From Mobula hypostoma (lineage: Eukaryota): a DNA stretch of 64,000 bases. Below are positions 63,706-64,000 of this stretch, piece by piece. Where the stretch lies: positions 104,348,001-104,412,000 of the forward strand of contig NC_086107.1 of the NCBI RefSeq assembly GCF_963921235.1. The letters are read 5' to 3'. Within the stretch, counting starts at the first letter, position 1. Each line of letters opens with the position of its first letter. Position numbers and translations under genes: made by a program. Below the pieces are notes generated by a model. The model was not told the DNA's origin, searched no databases, and saw only the letters and a list, made by a program, of their open reading frames with translations.

Positions 63706-64000
63706 CTTTTTGCCAGTTTTCCTCTGGCTCTCACTGGTTTCTTGCTTCAGAGTTAGTGCAGGCTGTTCCCCATTGGGGACGTCAGTGTTGAAATACACAC
63801 CAGAGGTCTCTGGCAGCTTAGTGTTAGAGGCTCCTTCCTTCACTTCCTGGTTACTGGATGCCCGGGTGGTAGTGCAAGCCGAGAAGTTCAAAGGGTTAAA
63901 AGGGTCAGTGTTTTGAAAGAACGAGTCCCACAGCTCGTCATTTGCAGATTCTTCAGAATCAAGCTGATCCACAGAAACATCTTCCTCTGCATCGTCCTTG
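63706..64000 (-). CDS. PPP1R15A: PPP1R15A-like penultimate exon (partial; continues off the right edge)
   Basis: Acidic KDDAEEDVSVDQLDSEESANDELWDSFFQNTDPFNPLNFSA...RKTGKK|gtagga. Splices in phase 0 to make the KK-VRF RVxF motif. Confidence 0.88.

Overview
Repeat-rich vertebrate genomic DNA, most likely from a cartilaginous fish (ray or shark). This is inferred from the repeat content: HE1/V-SINE-like SINEs, CR1, Rex1 and Penelope-like elements. Three spliced genes can be read by hand. (1) The 5' end of a tubby-family gene (TULP2-like) on the minus strand, with exons at about 8261-8319, 3881-3922, 1940-1991 and 264-405, running off the left edge. (2) A complete nucleobindin-1 (NUCB1) gene on the plus strand, with 12 coding exons from 16956 to 43651 encoding 475 aa, all GT-AG and in phase. 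(3) The last two exons of a PPP1R15A/GADD34-like gene on the minus strand at the right edge. The rest is mostly transposon debris. Most notable observations: a young CR1 inserted between the probable branch point and the acceptor of NUCB1 exon 12, with a near-identical inverted copy on the other side of that exon; short TSD-flanked fold-back elements carrying minimal hammerhead-ribozyme motifs; a composite MITE-bounded transposon; a tandemly amplified TGACGT array in the NUCB1 promoter; and an X-box/CRE/CCAAT cluster upstream of the TULP gene. I found no CRISPR array or prokaryotic system, and nothing I can confidently call a wholly new system. Repeat boundaries are approximate unless a TSD is given.
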